Below, one piece after another: positions 40,092-49,344 of a DNA stretch of 64,000 bases. The stretch is from a bacterium. Its GTDB lineage: Bacteria > Bacteroidota > Ignavibacteria > SZUA-365. Location: the NCBI GenBank assembly GCA_020444325.1, contig JAHLLD010000003.1, forward strand, positions 21,572 to 85,571. The letters are read 5' to 3'. The notes beneath the pieces were generated by a model. It was given only the letters and a program-made list of their open reading frames with translations. It did not search any database and was not told the DNA's origin. The position numbers and the translations under genes are program-made. The first letter of the stretch is position 1, and each line of letters opens with the position of its first letter.

Positions 40092-42829
40092 ACAGGAGCG
40101 GAGTGGAAATAACGGATGCACTGATGATGGATCTGCTTTCTTCCGGGGGAACGGTGTGCACATCTACCCAGCGCCTGGCAAGGGAGATTCGGCAACGATT
40201 TGACGCGCATATGCTGCGTGAGGGACGCACGGTATGGGCGTCACCCGATGTCGTTCCGTTTCCATCCTGGCTCGCCTCGGCTGTCGAAGAACAGGCGCTT
40301 TTCGGGCAGCACCTTCCCTTCGCAGAGGGGTCACCGGTCGCAGAGGGGTCACCGGTCGGACAGGAAGCAGCTTTTTCCGGGAGACGATTGTTAAGCGCGG
40401 CGCAGGAAACGCTGACCTGGGAGATGGCGATCGCACGAGCGGATGTGGAAAAACAGGTGCTGCAGACCGAGACACTTGCCTCCATGATGATGGAGGCGCA
40501 TGCGGTCGAGCATCGCTGGCTCATGCGCGAAGGAGACCTCCAGCGGTATCATAGCGAAGCGAGCGCAGCATATATGCAGGTGCGTGCGGCGGTACGACAG
40601 ATATGGAAGGAGGAGGGACTGCTGCCGCAATCGGCATTGCCGCGCATTGCGCTCGATCTCTTCCGCGCGTTTCCGGATCTGCTTCCGGAGCGCCTGCTGC
40701 TCGCCGGATTCGATTTACTCCCCGATGCTTCGCAGCGCGCGTTCTTCGCGCTCTATCGGCGTCACCGCAGTAGTCTGCCCGCTGCCGCCGCAGTGCCGGA
40801 GCAGCGGAGCGGCGACATCGAACGATATGAGAACCTCGAGCAGGAGGTATACGCCGCGGCGTTGTGGTGCAGGCAACTGCTTGAAGCCGGGGAAAATGAT
40901 ATTGCTGTTGTGTTCCCATCCCTTGATCGTGTGCGTCCCCTTGTCGAACGCGTATTTCGGGACGTCCTGCTGCCATCACGCAGCCAGGAGGATGTGGACG
41001 AGCAACGCAGCTTCTTCGAACTTTCGCTGGGTACGCGTTGCGCGCATGAACCCATCATGGCCGCGGCGATGCAGGGACTGGAGCTGCTGCGTCCACGAAT
41101 TTCTGTCGATGCTGTGTGCGCCGTTCTGCGCAGTCCATTTTTCCACGGTGCTGCGACGCATCGCTCCCTGCGCGCACGCCGTGAACTGGATTTCCGGCGC
41201 CTGGGTGTGGACACGTTGACACATAGCGATCTGAGGCAGGTGCTGCGCGACGATGCTGAAGAAGACAACCTCGCTGAAGCCCTGTGGCTGCTGGAAACAC
41301 CTTCTGGCAGCGTCTCATCTCGCGACTGGGCGGCACGCATCGATGCATTGCTGCGCGCGCTGGGCTGGCCGGGAGATCGAACGCTTTCAAGCAGGGAATT
41401 CCAGGCGCTGCGTCGCTGGGAGCGACTCGTGGAAGAATTGCTTTCCTTTGATGCCGTGCTCCCACCGATGGCCGTCACCGAAATGCTGGCGCGTTTCCGG
41501 CGCATGCTCACGGAACGGGTATTTCAACCGGAAAGCGGGCATGCACCGGTGCAGGTCATGGGCATGCTGGAAACGGCGGGATTGCACTTTGCGCACGCCC
41601 GTGTGGTGGGGATGAACGAAGAGCTCTGGCCGCCCCCTGCGCGGCCGCACCCGTTTCATCCCATACGGTTGCAGCGTCAGCTGCGTATCACGGATGGGGT
41701 ACCCGAACGCTATCTCGAGCAGATGCGTGTCGTCACGCGCAGGGTTGAGCATATTGCAGACGATCTCGTTGTCAGCTGCAGTCGAGGAGAGGGAGACAGG
41801 GAACTGTTGCCCTCACCGCTGCTGCGGCATCGCACGATCCGCGACCTTTCTGTTCAGCCCTGGAGCTACGCAAGAAATATGCAGAAAGTGCATAATTCTG
41901 CAATGGAAGAGCGTCCCGCAGAAAGCATTCCCGCCATAAGCGCACAGGAGCATGTGCACGGCGGCGTGCGCGTGCTGACACTGCAGTCTGCCTGTCATTT
42001 CCGTGCTTTCGCCGAACTGCGCCTGCATACAGAGGAAGCGGAAATTGCGGAAGCCGGTGTGCGTCCCCTCGACCGCGGCACGCTGTTGCACGGCGTGATG
42101 GAGCGCGTGTGGCAATCGCTCGAGGGACATGCTGCGCTGATGCTGCTTTCGGACGAAGATTTGCTCACACGCGTTGATCGTGCCATTGAGGAGAGTGAGC
42201 GCGCGGCGTCGTCCCTCCGCAGTGCGCAATATGCAGCGCATGTGCGTCAAGCCGAGCGCAGCTGTCTGCGTCAGATTGCGTTGGAATGGCTGCGCGTTGA
42301 ACGCGAGCGTTCCCAGTTTACCGTCGCCGCGGTAGAGGAAGAACGAACGGCCGCGGTCGGACCTCTTGCCCTGCGCCTGCGCATCGATCGGATTGACAGA
42401 CTGCAGGATGGCAGTCTGCTGCTCATCGATTACAAAACGGGAAGGCAGGATGCGGGCGACTGGCTTTCCTCCCGTCCCCGTCAACCACAGCTGCCCCTGT
42501 ACACCCTTACCGACGATGGTGATTACTCCGGCGTCACATTTGCGGAACTGCGGAGAGGCAGCTGCAGGTTTACCGGACTCACCCGCGATACCTCCATAAT
42601 GCCGCAGCTGCAGGATGTGGAGAACTTTCTCGAAAAGCGCGGGGAGGACGCTGCCGACTGGCAGCAGCTGCGTGATGCGTGGCGCGAGGTGCTGACGGAC
42701 CTGGCCACGGGGTTTTACGAAGGGAGCGCCGCAGTGAATCCCGCCAATGGTGCAACGACCTGTACCTACTGTCCGCTGCACGCTTTTTGCCGCGTACAGG
42801 AACTGCGCAAGGAGGGTGCCGATGTCTGA
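40088..42829 (+). CDS. AddB-like PD-(D/E)XK nuclease subunit (no helicase motifs, C-terminal Cys cluster)
   Basis: 913 aa, no Walker A. C-terminal nuclease motif LLLIDYKTGRQ and Cys cluster CTYCPLHAFC. Immediately upstream of, and overlapping, a UvrD-type helicase-nuclease gene. Confidence 0.6.
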   Translation: MNRSGVEITDALMMDLLSSGGTVCTSTQRLAREIRQRFDAHMLREGRTVWASPDVVPFPSWLASAVEEQALFGQHLPFAEGSPVAEGSPVGQEAAFSGRRLLSAAQETLTWEMAIARADVEKQVLQTETLASMMMEAHAVEHRWLMREGDLQRYHSEASAAYMQVRAAVRQIWKEEGLLPQSALPRIALDLFRAFPDLLPERLLLAGFDLLPDASQRAFFALYRRHRSSLPAAAAVPEQRSGDIERYENLEQEVYAAALWCRQLLEAGENDIAVVFPSLDRVRPLVERVFRDVLLPSRSQEDVDEQRSFFELSLGTRCAHEPIMAAAMQGLELLRPRISVDAVCAVLRSPFFHGAATHRSLRARRELDFRRLGVDTLTHSDLRQVLRDDAEEDNLAEALWLLETPSGSVSSRDWAARIDALLRALGWPGDRTLSSREFQALRRWERLVEELLSFDAVLPPMAVTEMLARFRRMLTERVFQPESGHAPVQVMGMLETAGLHFAHARVVGMNEELWPPPARPHPFHPIRLQRQLRITDGVPERYLEQMRVVTRRVEHIADDLVVSCSRGEGDRELLPSPLLRHRTIRDLSVQPWSYARNMQKVHNSAMEERPAESIPAISAQEHVHGGVRVLTLQSACHFRAFAELRLHTEEAEIAEAGVRPLDRGTLLHGVMERVWQSLEGHAALMLLSDEDLLTRVDRAIEESERAASSLRSAQYAAHVRQAERSCLRQIALEWLRVERERSQFTVAAVEEERTAAVGPLALRLRIDRIDRLQDGSLLLIDYKTGRQDAGDWLSSRPRQPQLPLYTLTDDGDYSGVTFAELRRGSCRFTGLTRDTSIMPQLQDVENFLEKRGEDAADWQQLRDAWREVLTDLATGFYEGSAAVNPANGATTCTYCPLHAFCRVQELRKEGADV

Positions 42830-45800
42830 TTCGAACTCCCTTTCATCGCAGCATGCAGCGGAAGAACTGCAGCACAATCTCGAGCAGCGTGACATCGAAG
42901 CCAGGAGTGAAGCGCTGGAGCCGGGGTATTCCTGCATCGTACAGGCGCCGGCGGGATCGGGAAAAACCGAGCTTCTGATACAGCGCTTCCTCGTCCTTCT
43001 TGCCGCCGTCGACGCGCCGGAAGAAATCATTGCCATCACATTCACGCGCAAGGCATCGGCAGAAATGCGCGTGCGCATCATGCTGGCGCTGGCAGAGGCC
43101 GAGTCGGGCGCGGAAGTGGAGGGACATGCCGCAGTCACACGTACGCTGGCCGAACGTGTGCTCGCGAGGGATGCGGAACGAAAATGGCACCTGCGGGATC
43201 AACCCTCGCGTCTGCGTATCATGACAATCGACGCACTCAATGGCTGGATCGTGCGGCAGATGCCCTGGCTCTCCGGCATGGGAGGAGTACCGGCGATCGC
43301 AGACGACGCGATGGAACTGTACCGCGAGGCCGTGCGGCGCAGCATGCTCGACGATGTGCACGATGTCGAACGACGTGCGCACATCACGCGTCTGCTCGAA
43401 CATCTCGATAACAGGTATGGGACGATAGAGTCGCTGCTCGCACAGATGCTTGCGATCCGGGAGCAGTGGATGGATCTCGTCAGTGAGGAGGTGGAAATTC
43501 CCCGGGAAGCACGGAGCATCATTGAACGGTCGCTGACCAGCATTGTGACGGCACAGCTGCAAAAGCTATGCGCCCTGCTTCCGGAGGAGGAGCGCCGGGA
43601 AATTGCCGCACTCGGACAGCATGCCGCGCGGCAGCTTGAGGCGAGAGAGGACAGGAACGCCGGCGCGATGGCGGGATTTCTGAGCGGACCCACTGAACTC
43701 AATGAAACACCGGAATCGCTTGCCTCCTGGCAGGCAGCGGCGCAACTGCTGTTGACTGGAAGCGACACATTGCGGAGTCCGCGGGGCATCAATCGCACCC
43801 TGGGCTTTGAACGGGACGATACAGAAAAGCCGCGCATGCTGGCGCTTGTCGGACGGTTGGAAGGACAGGATGAATGCATCGCTCTGCTGCAGGATATCAG
43901 GCGTCTGCCCTCACCGCGTTTTACCGATGCGCAGTGGGACATTCTCTCATCGATACTCGAAGTGCTGCGCTATTGCGTCGGCGAACTGCAGTCTCTGTTC
44001 ACGCAGCGTGGCATGGTTGATCATGCGGAAGTCGCGGCATCCGCGTTGCGCGCCCTGGGCAGCGAGCTCGATCCGACGGATCTCGCCATGATGCTCGAAT
44101 ATCGCATTCAGCATATTCTTGTAGACGAATTCCAGGATACGTCTGCCGGACAGTACCGGCTGCTCAGCCTGCTTACCACCGGCTGGATGCCGGACGATGG
44201 GCATTCGCTGTTCCTTGTCGGTGATCCGATGCAATCGATTTATCGCTTCCGGGAAGCTGAAGTCGGCCTGTTTCTCAGTATCTGGGAAGATGCACGTATC
44301 GGGTCGGTTCCACTGCGAACGCTGCGGCTGTACAGGAATTTCCGCTCGCAGGCGGGTATCGTGCAGTGGGTGAACGAGGTGTTCGCACAGGTCATGCCTG
44401 CGCGCAGTGATCCGGCCTCAGGCGCTGTGACGTATGTGCCCTCCGCCCCCGCAAAGCCCGAGAACGGCGAGGCAGTGCGCTTCATGCCAGTCTACAGTGG
44501 TGATCGTGCGGATGAAGCTGCAGGTATTGTTTCCCTGCTGCGTGAACTCGGACATGGGCGCAGCGAAGTTACTGCCGAAGAAACAGCAATACTTGTCCGC
44601 AGTCGATCACATCTCGCGTATGTCATTCCCGCGCTTCGCGAGGCGGGCATTGCCTTCCAGGCCGTGGATATCGAGGCTCTGGGCGCGCATCCTGCGGTGC
44701 AGGACATTCTCGCACTGACACGTGCCTTGCTGCATATGGCAGACAGCACTGCCTGGCTGGCCGTGCTGCGTGCGCCGTTTTGCGGATTGCAGCTTTCCGA
44801 CCTTCACGCGCTCACTGCGTTGCGTGGAGAGCGAACGGTACTCGATGCCATACACGATGCGATAGTGAAAGAGGAGTACTCGGAGGATGCGGGGATTCGG
44901 CTGCGTCGCATCATGCCGGTGTTGGATGAGGCCATGGGTGAAGCGGGTCGCCGTCCCCTGCGGCTCCTTGTGGAACGCTGCTGGATCGGACTCGGCGGAC
45001 CAGCATGCGTAGATGCGCAGGGCTTCGATGCTGTGGCGTCATATTTCGATATGCTCGAGATGCTGGTGCCCGGAGCGAATCTCGACAATCTTCGAGAACT
45101 CCATGAAGGAATCGAAAAGCTTTTTGCACCGCCGGATCAGGGGGATGCCCTGAGGCTGCAGGTGATGACCATTCATCGGGCAAAGGGATTGCAGTTCGAT
45201 CATGTGATCATTCCCCGTCTCGACGGGACGCCGCCTGTTCGTGAGGAGCGCCTGATGATCTGGATGGACGATCCGGGTGCGAAGGGAAGTGGCTTCATCA
45301 TCGCTCCGTTGCGGGAACGCGGTACCGAAAAGGAAGCAACCTATGCGTATGTGCAGCGTCGTCTGGCGGAAAAGGAAGAGCATGAGTACCAGCGGCTGTT
45401 GTACGTTGCCGTCACCCGTGCCCGCAGGCGTCTGTACCTGTCCGCCACACTGCGCATGAAGGAGGATGACCAGCAGGGGTTTGTGTTGCAGAAACCTGCT
45501 CGCAATTCCTTCCTTTCCGCGATATGGCCAGCGGTCGAGGATGAGGCGCAGCGGCAGAGTGCAGCCTGGCTTACCTCCGCACAGGAGGAGGATGTGATAT
45601 CCCGTCCTGAGATTCGACTGCGTCGCCTGCGTGATGGATGGGAACCTCCGGCACTGCCGCCTCCGCTGCCTGTACGCGCATCCATCGATGTGGAAGACGT
45701 GTCCCACCCTGAAACAAGTGAACTGCCCTGGCATGCGGGCGAAGAGGCGAGACTGCGGGGAACTGCGGTGCATCGTGTTCTTGCGTGGATCGGTGCGCAC

Positions 45801-46247
45801 GGTCTCGCCGCGTGGGAAGAGAAAAGTACCGACGAACAAGTATCAACGGTGACGCGCGTCCTTGAGCATGGCGGCAGTGCGGGCACAGGTTTGACACGTG
45901 CTGTCATCGACGCGGTGCAGGCGGTAACCGGGGAAGAGATGGGTCGATGGCTGCTCGCAGCGCATCCGGAGGCGCGGAGTGAGTGGGCGCTTACGGTGCA
46001 TCATGCGGGGAGAAACGAGCGTGTGATCATCGACAGGACTTTTGTGGATGAAGAGGGGACGCGCTGGATTGTGGATTTCAAATCCGCGGTGCACGAGGGG
46101 GCAGACCTCGAGGGTTTCCTTGACGCACAATTGCGCATGCATCGCGCGCAGTTGCAGCGGTACGGAGAAATATTGCGCGCATTCGATGCGAGGCCGCAGC
46201 GGCTGCTCGTGTATTTCCCGATGTATCGAACGTGGAGAGAGCTGTAG
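42822..46247 (+). CDS. AddA/RecB-like UvrD-family helicase-nuclease
   Basis: Start MSDSNSLS overlaps the upstream stop by 8 bp. Walker A APAGSGKT, helicase motifs LVDEFQDTS, FLVGDPMQSIYRFR, MTIHRAKGLQFD, VAVTRARRRLYLS. C-terminal RecB-type nuclease (IVDFKS). Confidence 0.8.
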   Translation: MSDSNSLSSQHAAEELQHNLEQRDIEARSEALEPGYSCIVQAPAGSGKTELLIQRFLVLLAAVDAPEEIIAITFTRKASAEMRVRIMLALAEAESGAEVEGHAAVTRTLAERVLARDAERKWHLRDQPSRLRIMTIDALNGWIVRQMPWLSGMGGVPAIADDAMELYREAVRRSMLDDVHDVERRAHITRLLEHLDNRYGTIESLLAQMLAIREQWMDLVSEEVEIPREARSIIERSLTSIVTAQLQKLCALLPEEERREIAALGQHAARQLEAREDRNAGAMAGFLSGPTELNETPESLASWQAAAQLLLTGSDTLRSPRGINRTLGFERDDTEKPRMLALVGRLEGQDECIALLQDIRRLPSPRFTDAQWDILSSILEVLRYCVGELQSLFTQRGMVDHAEVAASALRALGSELDPTDLAMMLEYRIQHILVDEFQDTSAGQYRLLSLLTTGWMPDDGHSLFLVGDPMQSIYRFREAEVGLFLSIWEDARIGSVPLRTLRLYRNFRSQAGIVQWVNEVFAQVMPARSDPASGAVTYVPSAPAKPENGEAVRFMPVYSGDRADEAAGIVSLLRELGHGRSEVTAEETAILVRSRSHLAYVIPALREAGIAFQAVDIEALGAHPAVQDILALTRALLHMADSTAWLAVLRAPFCGLQLSDLHALTALRGERTVLDAIHDAIVKEEYSEDAGIRLRRIMPVLDEAMGEAGRRPLRLLVERCWIGLGGPACVDAQGFDAVASYFDMLEMLVPGANLDNLRELHEGIEKLFAPPDQGDALRLQVMTIHRAKGLQFDHVIIPRLDGTPPVREERLMIWMDDPGAKGSGFIIAPLRERGTEKEATYAYVQRRLAEKEEHEYQRLLYVAVTRARRRLYLSATLRMKEDDQQGFVLQKPARNSFLSAIWPAVEDEAQRQSAAWLTSAQEEDVISRPEIRLRRLRDGWEPPALPPPLPVRASIDVEDVSHPETSELPWHAGEEARLRGTAVHRVLAWIGAHGLAAWEEKSTDEQVSTVTRVLEHGGSAGTGLTRAVIDAVQAVTGEEMGRWLLAAHPEARSEWALTVHHAGRNERVIIDRTFVDEEGTRWIVDFKSAVHEGADLEGFLDAQLRMHRAQLQRYGEILRAFDARPQRLLVYFPMYRTWREL

Positions 46248-46260
46248 GGTGGAAAAAACA

Positions 46261-46285
46261 ACCCCTGTCACCGGGAGGGACAGGG
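46261..46285. terminator. Bidirectional rho-independent terminator between convergent addA-like and tonB genes
   Basis: CCCCTGTC-loop-GACAGGGG stem preceded by GAAAAAACAA. Confidence 0.45.
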
Positions 46286-46315
46286 GCTCATGGGGAAGGA
46301 AACGTTTCGTTTCAC

Positions 46316-47167
46316 CTATTTGAGTTTGAAACTGAATACCGCCGTGCCGACCTGGTCGGCCTGTTTGCTGCTTTCGGGAAGGACGTTGAATTTCCATGTG
46401 CGCATCGCGGCGAGCGCGGCGCGTTCGTAGCGGGGGTCGCCCTTCTGTATGACGGTCATGCCGTACATGCTGCCGTCGGGTCGCACACGGAAGCGCACAG
46501 CAACCTGCACCTCGCGCGTCGCTCCCGGAGGGAAATCGGGAAGCACACCGCTGATACGGTTCCGCGATACACCGCCGTCCCACCGGATATCTGCGGAGCT
46601 GTGGGGGGTTGCGCTGAGCGAGCCAGGGTCGGAGGTGATGGCGGAATGATCGCCGGTGCCCGCGCCGCTGACATTGTCAGAAGACTGTACCGATGTGCTC
46701 AACCCCTGTTCACGTGATTCCTGGCGGGTGAAATCACCGGTGTGCATCGACGTACTGCGGTCCTGTTTTCCTCCGCCGTAATCCATGAAATCCACCGCGT
46801 CCTCGGTCCCACGCAGTTCTCGCGGAGCAGCCGGCGTTGACGGGGCGGCACGCTGCGCGCCGCGATCCCTTGCCGTGGATTCCGTACTCGGTGCCTGCCG
46901 GGCGGCAGACTGCTCGATGCTTGTCGTTCCGCTCCGGCGGGGTGAAGACGAACGCTGCGCCGTGGTTGTGGTCTGGACTCTGGGACGCGATTCCAGCCGT
47001 GGCGGTGGTGTCGGCAGACGAACCGGGGTGACGAAGGTCAGCTCGATTTCTTCCGGGAGCCTGCTGATATTCGGGAAAGCTGCCCAGAACACCATGATCA
47101 GCATGAGCAGGATGTGAAGGACGAGAGAAACGCCGAATCCTTTGACATCATCACTGTTGAGTGTCAT
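46316..47167 (-). CDS. tonB: TonB-family energy transducer
   Basis: 283 aa. N-terminal TM, long Pro/Ser/Thr-rich spacer, C-terminal TonB domain (VQVAVRFRVRPDGSMYGMTVIQKGDPRYERAALAAMRTWKF). Confidence 0.75.
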   Translation of the reverse strand: MTLNSDDVKGFGVSLVLHILLMLIMVFWAAFPNISRLPEEIELTFVTPVRLPTPPPRLESRPRVQTTTTAQRSSSPRRSGTTSIEQSAARQAPSTESTARDRGAQRAAPSTPAAPRELRGTEDAVDFMDYGGGKQDRSTSMHTGDFTRQESREQGLSTSVQSSDNVSGAGTGDHSAITSDPGSLSATPHSSADIRWDGGVSRNRISGVLPDFPPGATREVQVAVRFRVRPDGSMYGMTVIQKGDPRYERAALAAMRTWKFNVLPESSKQADQVGTAVFSFKLK

Positions 47168-47576
47168 GATCTTCTTTCATCCTGGTGGAAATAAAAAATC
47201 GTGTTGCGCCGATGCCTTTCGCTTCGTCCATCACGAACACGGCGCGGTCAAGGGGAACGTCGCGGTCACTCGAGAGCACGATGACCTGTTTTTCGGGATC
47301 CTTCAGCTTCTCTTCCAGTGCACCCCGAAACTGTTCGGGAGCAATTTCCTCGTTGTTCAAAAAGAGGCGTCCATCATTGAGCAATGCGACCACGATCTGT
47401 TCCTGCTCAGATGCGGTGGAATTCTTTGCTTCCGGGAGGGTCACCTTGATCCCTTCCGTGATGATGAAGGAAGAGGTGAGAAGGAAGAAAATGAGAAGCA
47501 GCAGGACGATATCCGTCAGCGATGAGTAGCTGAAAATACTCAGCGGCTTGTTGTCCTGATTGAGATGGATTTTCAT
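47151..47576 (-). CDS. exbD: ExbD/TolR biopolymer transport protein
   Basis: 141 aa, single N-terminal TM (LLLLIFFLLTSSFI), typical ExbD profile. Confidence 0.8.
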   Translation of the reverse strand: MKIHLNQDNKPLSIFSYSSLTDIVLLLLIFFLLTSSFIITEGIKVTLPEAKNSTASEQEQIVVALLNDGRLFLNNEEIAPEQFRGALEEKLKDPEKQVIVLSSDRDVPLDRAVFVMDEAKGIGATRFFISTRMKEDHDTQQ

Positions 47577-48253
47577 GACTGGCTGCTCCGTGCCTGCTGA
47601 CGGGCCGCCTGTGCCTTCTTCGCGGCTGCGAGCGCCTTGCGCTGCTCACTCTGCGCGATGTCAAGGAAGTCGTTGCAGCTGCTCTCGGTTTCCGCAACGA
47701 AGTGGCTCACGCGATTGACAAGGTAGTTGTACATGAAGTAGGCAGGGATGCCGACGATGAGTCCGAACGCGGTGGTCAACAGCGCTTCCCAGATGCCGCT
47801 TGCCAGCAGCTGGGGATTGACCACACCTTCGTTGACCTCGATGACCCGGAAGGCGGAAATCATACCCGTCACCGTGCCGAGGAAACCCAGCAGCGGCGTG
47901 ATGCCGGCAATGGAAGCCAGCAGGCCGAGTCCCCGCTCCAGTTTGAACACCTCCATGCGCGCAGCGGCTTCCACGGCATCCTTCACATCCTGATGCGTGC
48001 CTTTCATTTTCAGCAGTCCCGCCCGCAGGATGTTCGACAGTGGTGAAGTGGCTTCACTGCACATCGTCAGTGCCGCGGCCATGTCACCCTTGCTCATTAC
48101 GGAGCGAATCTGAAGGATGAATTTTCCGCCGTCGACTTTGACACGTGAGAGCGTAATCAGCTTCTGCACGATCAGCGTCACGCCGAGCAGCGATGCGGCC
48201 AGGATGATCCACATGATAATGCCGCCTTTGAGAAAGAGATCGAATACAGTCAT
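47573..48253 (-). CDS. exbB: ExbB/TolQ/MotA-family proton channel
   Basis: 226 aa, 3 TM helices, conserved C-terminal half (GLLGTVTGMISAF...AGIWEALLTTAFGLIVGIPAYFMYN). Confidence 0.85.
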   Translation of the reverse strand: MTVFDLFLKGGIIMWIILAASLLGVTLIVQKLITLSRVKVDGGKFILQIRSVMSKGDMAAALTMCSEATSPLSNILRAGLLKMKGTHQDVKDAVEAAARMEVFKLERGLGLLASIAGITPLLGFLGTVTGMISAFRVIEVNEGVVNPQLLASGIWEALLTTAFGLIVGIPAYFMYNYLVNRVSHFVAETESSCNDFLDIAQSEQRKALAAAKKAQAARQQARSSQS

Positions 48254-48300
48254 CGAAGTCTCCGCTATAATGAATACTGTTTCTGTGTTCTGCGTTTCAT

Positions 48301-49122
48301 CTATGCGCAGGGGAGGCGCTCTTCACTCCACGCCTGTCCGCTGCCGCTGCCCGGAACCACCGGGCGCTCCTCCTCACCGAAAAACATGCTGAATACAATC
48401 ACCAGCATGATCACCGTCAGCACCAGCGCAACCACCACAAGTGGCCGCCTGCTTCGCTCCTTCGGAGGATGATAGAGCTGATCCCGGTTCCTGTAAAAAA
48501 CCTCGTTATCCTCCTCTTCAGCCTCGCCCTTCCGGCTTCGTCCCTCCGGAACTACGCCGGGACAAGCGCTCTCGATTTCGATTTCGCTCTCGAATTCGCC
48601 TTCGCTCTCGATTTCGCCTTCGCCCTCGATTTCGATTTCGCTCTCGAATTCGCCTTCGCTCTCGATTTCGCCTTCGCTCTCGAATTCGCCTTCGCTCTCG
48701 ATTTCGATTTCGCCCTCGAATTCGCTCTCGCCCTCGAACTCGCTCTCGCCCTCGTATTCCATTCGGGGGCTAAATAAGCTCTGCACTTCATCAACGACGG
48801 CTGCAACATCGATCATTTCATGCGCACCACCGTGCTGCACGTTTTCAAGCGATGCGGCTGGAATGAATTCGAGTTCCTGTTCATTGACGGATGCGTGTGC
48901 GTGAATGAGTACGGGATGTACCGCTTCGTATTTCACATTCTGCAGCGTGCCATTGTCCTGCAGCACCGGTGTCCATTCCCCGATTCCGTCGAGGCGAAGC
49001 GGATCGCCGGTACGAAGGGCAGATTTTGCCGCATCGAAGAAGGCATGCAGAAATACCTGTGCGCTGTGCTCCGGGATGCCGAGCCTGGTCGCGAGTCGCG
49101 CTGTCAGTTCATCACGCTTCAC
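48301..49122 (-). CDS. HU/IHF-like N-terminal domain protein with an acidic E-x-E tripeptide repeat linker and a C-terminal TM helix
   Basis: 273 aa. N-terminus MKRDELTARLATRLGIPEHSAQVFLHAFFDAAKSALRTGDPLRLDGIGEW follows the HU pattern (M.k.EL...lA...gl.k..a...vda.fd.i..aL..Gd.v.L.G.G.F). Residues ~120-185 are EGESEFEGESEF...EIEIES repeats. C-terminal TM PLVVVALVLTVIMLVIVFSMFFG. Confidence 0.45.
   Translation of the reverse strand: MKRDELTARLATRLGIPEHSAQVFLHAFFDAAKSALRTGDPLRLDGIGEWTPVLQDNGTLQNVKYEAVHPVLIHAHASVNEQELEFIPAASLENVQHGGAHEMIDVAAVVDEVQSLFSPRMEYEGESEFEGESEFEGEIEIESEGEFESEGEIESEGEFESEIEIEGEGEIESEGEFESEIEIESACPGVVPEGRSRKGEAEEEDNEVFYRNRDQLYHPPKERSRRPLVVVALVLTVIMLVIVFSMFFGEEERPVVPGSGSGQAWSEERLPCA
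48568..48765. repeat. About 200 bp of tandem 9-bp (3-codon) repeats inside the HU-like gene
   Basis: Units CTCGATTTC / GCCTTCGCT / CTCGAATTC recur about 20 times and encode (E-[IF]-E-[SG]-E-[GF])n on the minus strand. This also produces several spurious overlapping ORFs in the six-frame track. Confidence 0.8.
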
Positions 49123-49343
49123 AATTCCTCCTCATCAGGTGGAAGGAGGGAGGTATGGGCACGGAAGCGCTCTTCCCCGGCCGACCGCAGCAGTGTCCCA
49201 AAGGTCATCAGCTCCACATCCTCATCGTGCTGACGGGCTTCACTGATGATTTCGAGAAGGGCATCGACATAAGACTGCACGACGGTGGAGTCCATTCCGA
49301 GTCGTGCAGCAGTGCGAATCGTTATGTCCTGCAATCCAGCCAT
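49119..49343 (-). CDS. Small HU/IHF-like domain protein
   Basis: 74 aa. ...LAGLQDITIRTAARLGMDSTVVQSYVDALLEIISEARQHDEDVELMTFGTL matches the HU N-terminal helix-turn-helix pattern. 1 bp after the upstream gene and 4 bp overlap with the downstream gene. Confidence 0.4.
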   Translation of the reverse strand: MAGLQDITIRTAARLGMDSTVVQSYVDALLEIISEARQHDEDVELMTFGTLLRSAGEERFRAHTSLLPPDEEEL

Positions 49344-49344
49344 A

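Noticed and set aside
41813-43138. 441-aa ORF antisense across the AddB-like/AddA-like junction
   Set aside because: The plus-strand genes carry helicase and nuclease motifs; the antisense ORF is Ala/Arg/Cys-rich with no domain signature.
48441-48809. Three overlapping ORFs (48441-48773 +, 48469-48777 +, 48552-48809 -) over the 9-bp repeat
   Set aside because: Artifacts of the in-frame tandem repeat. Only the minus-strand frame continuous with the HU-like N-terminus and C-terminal TM (48301-49122) makes a coherent protein.
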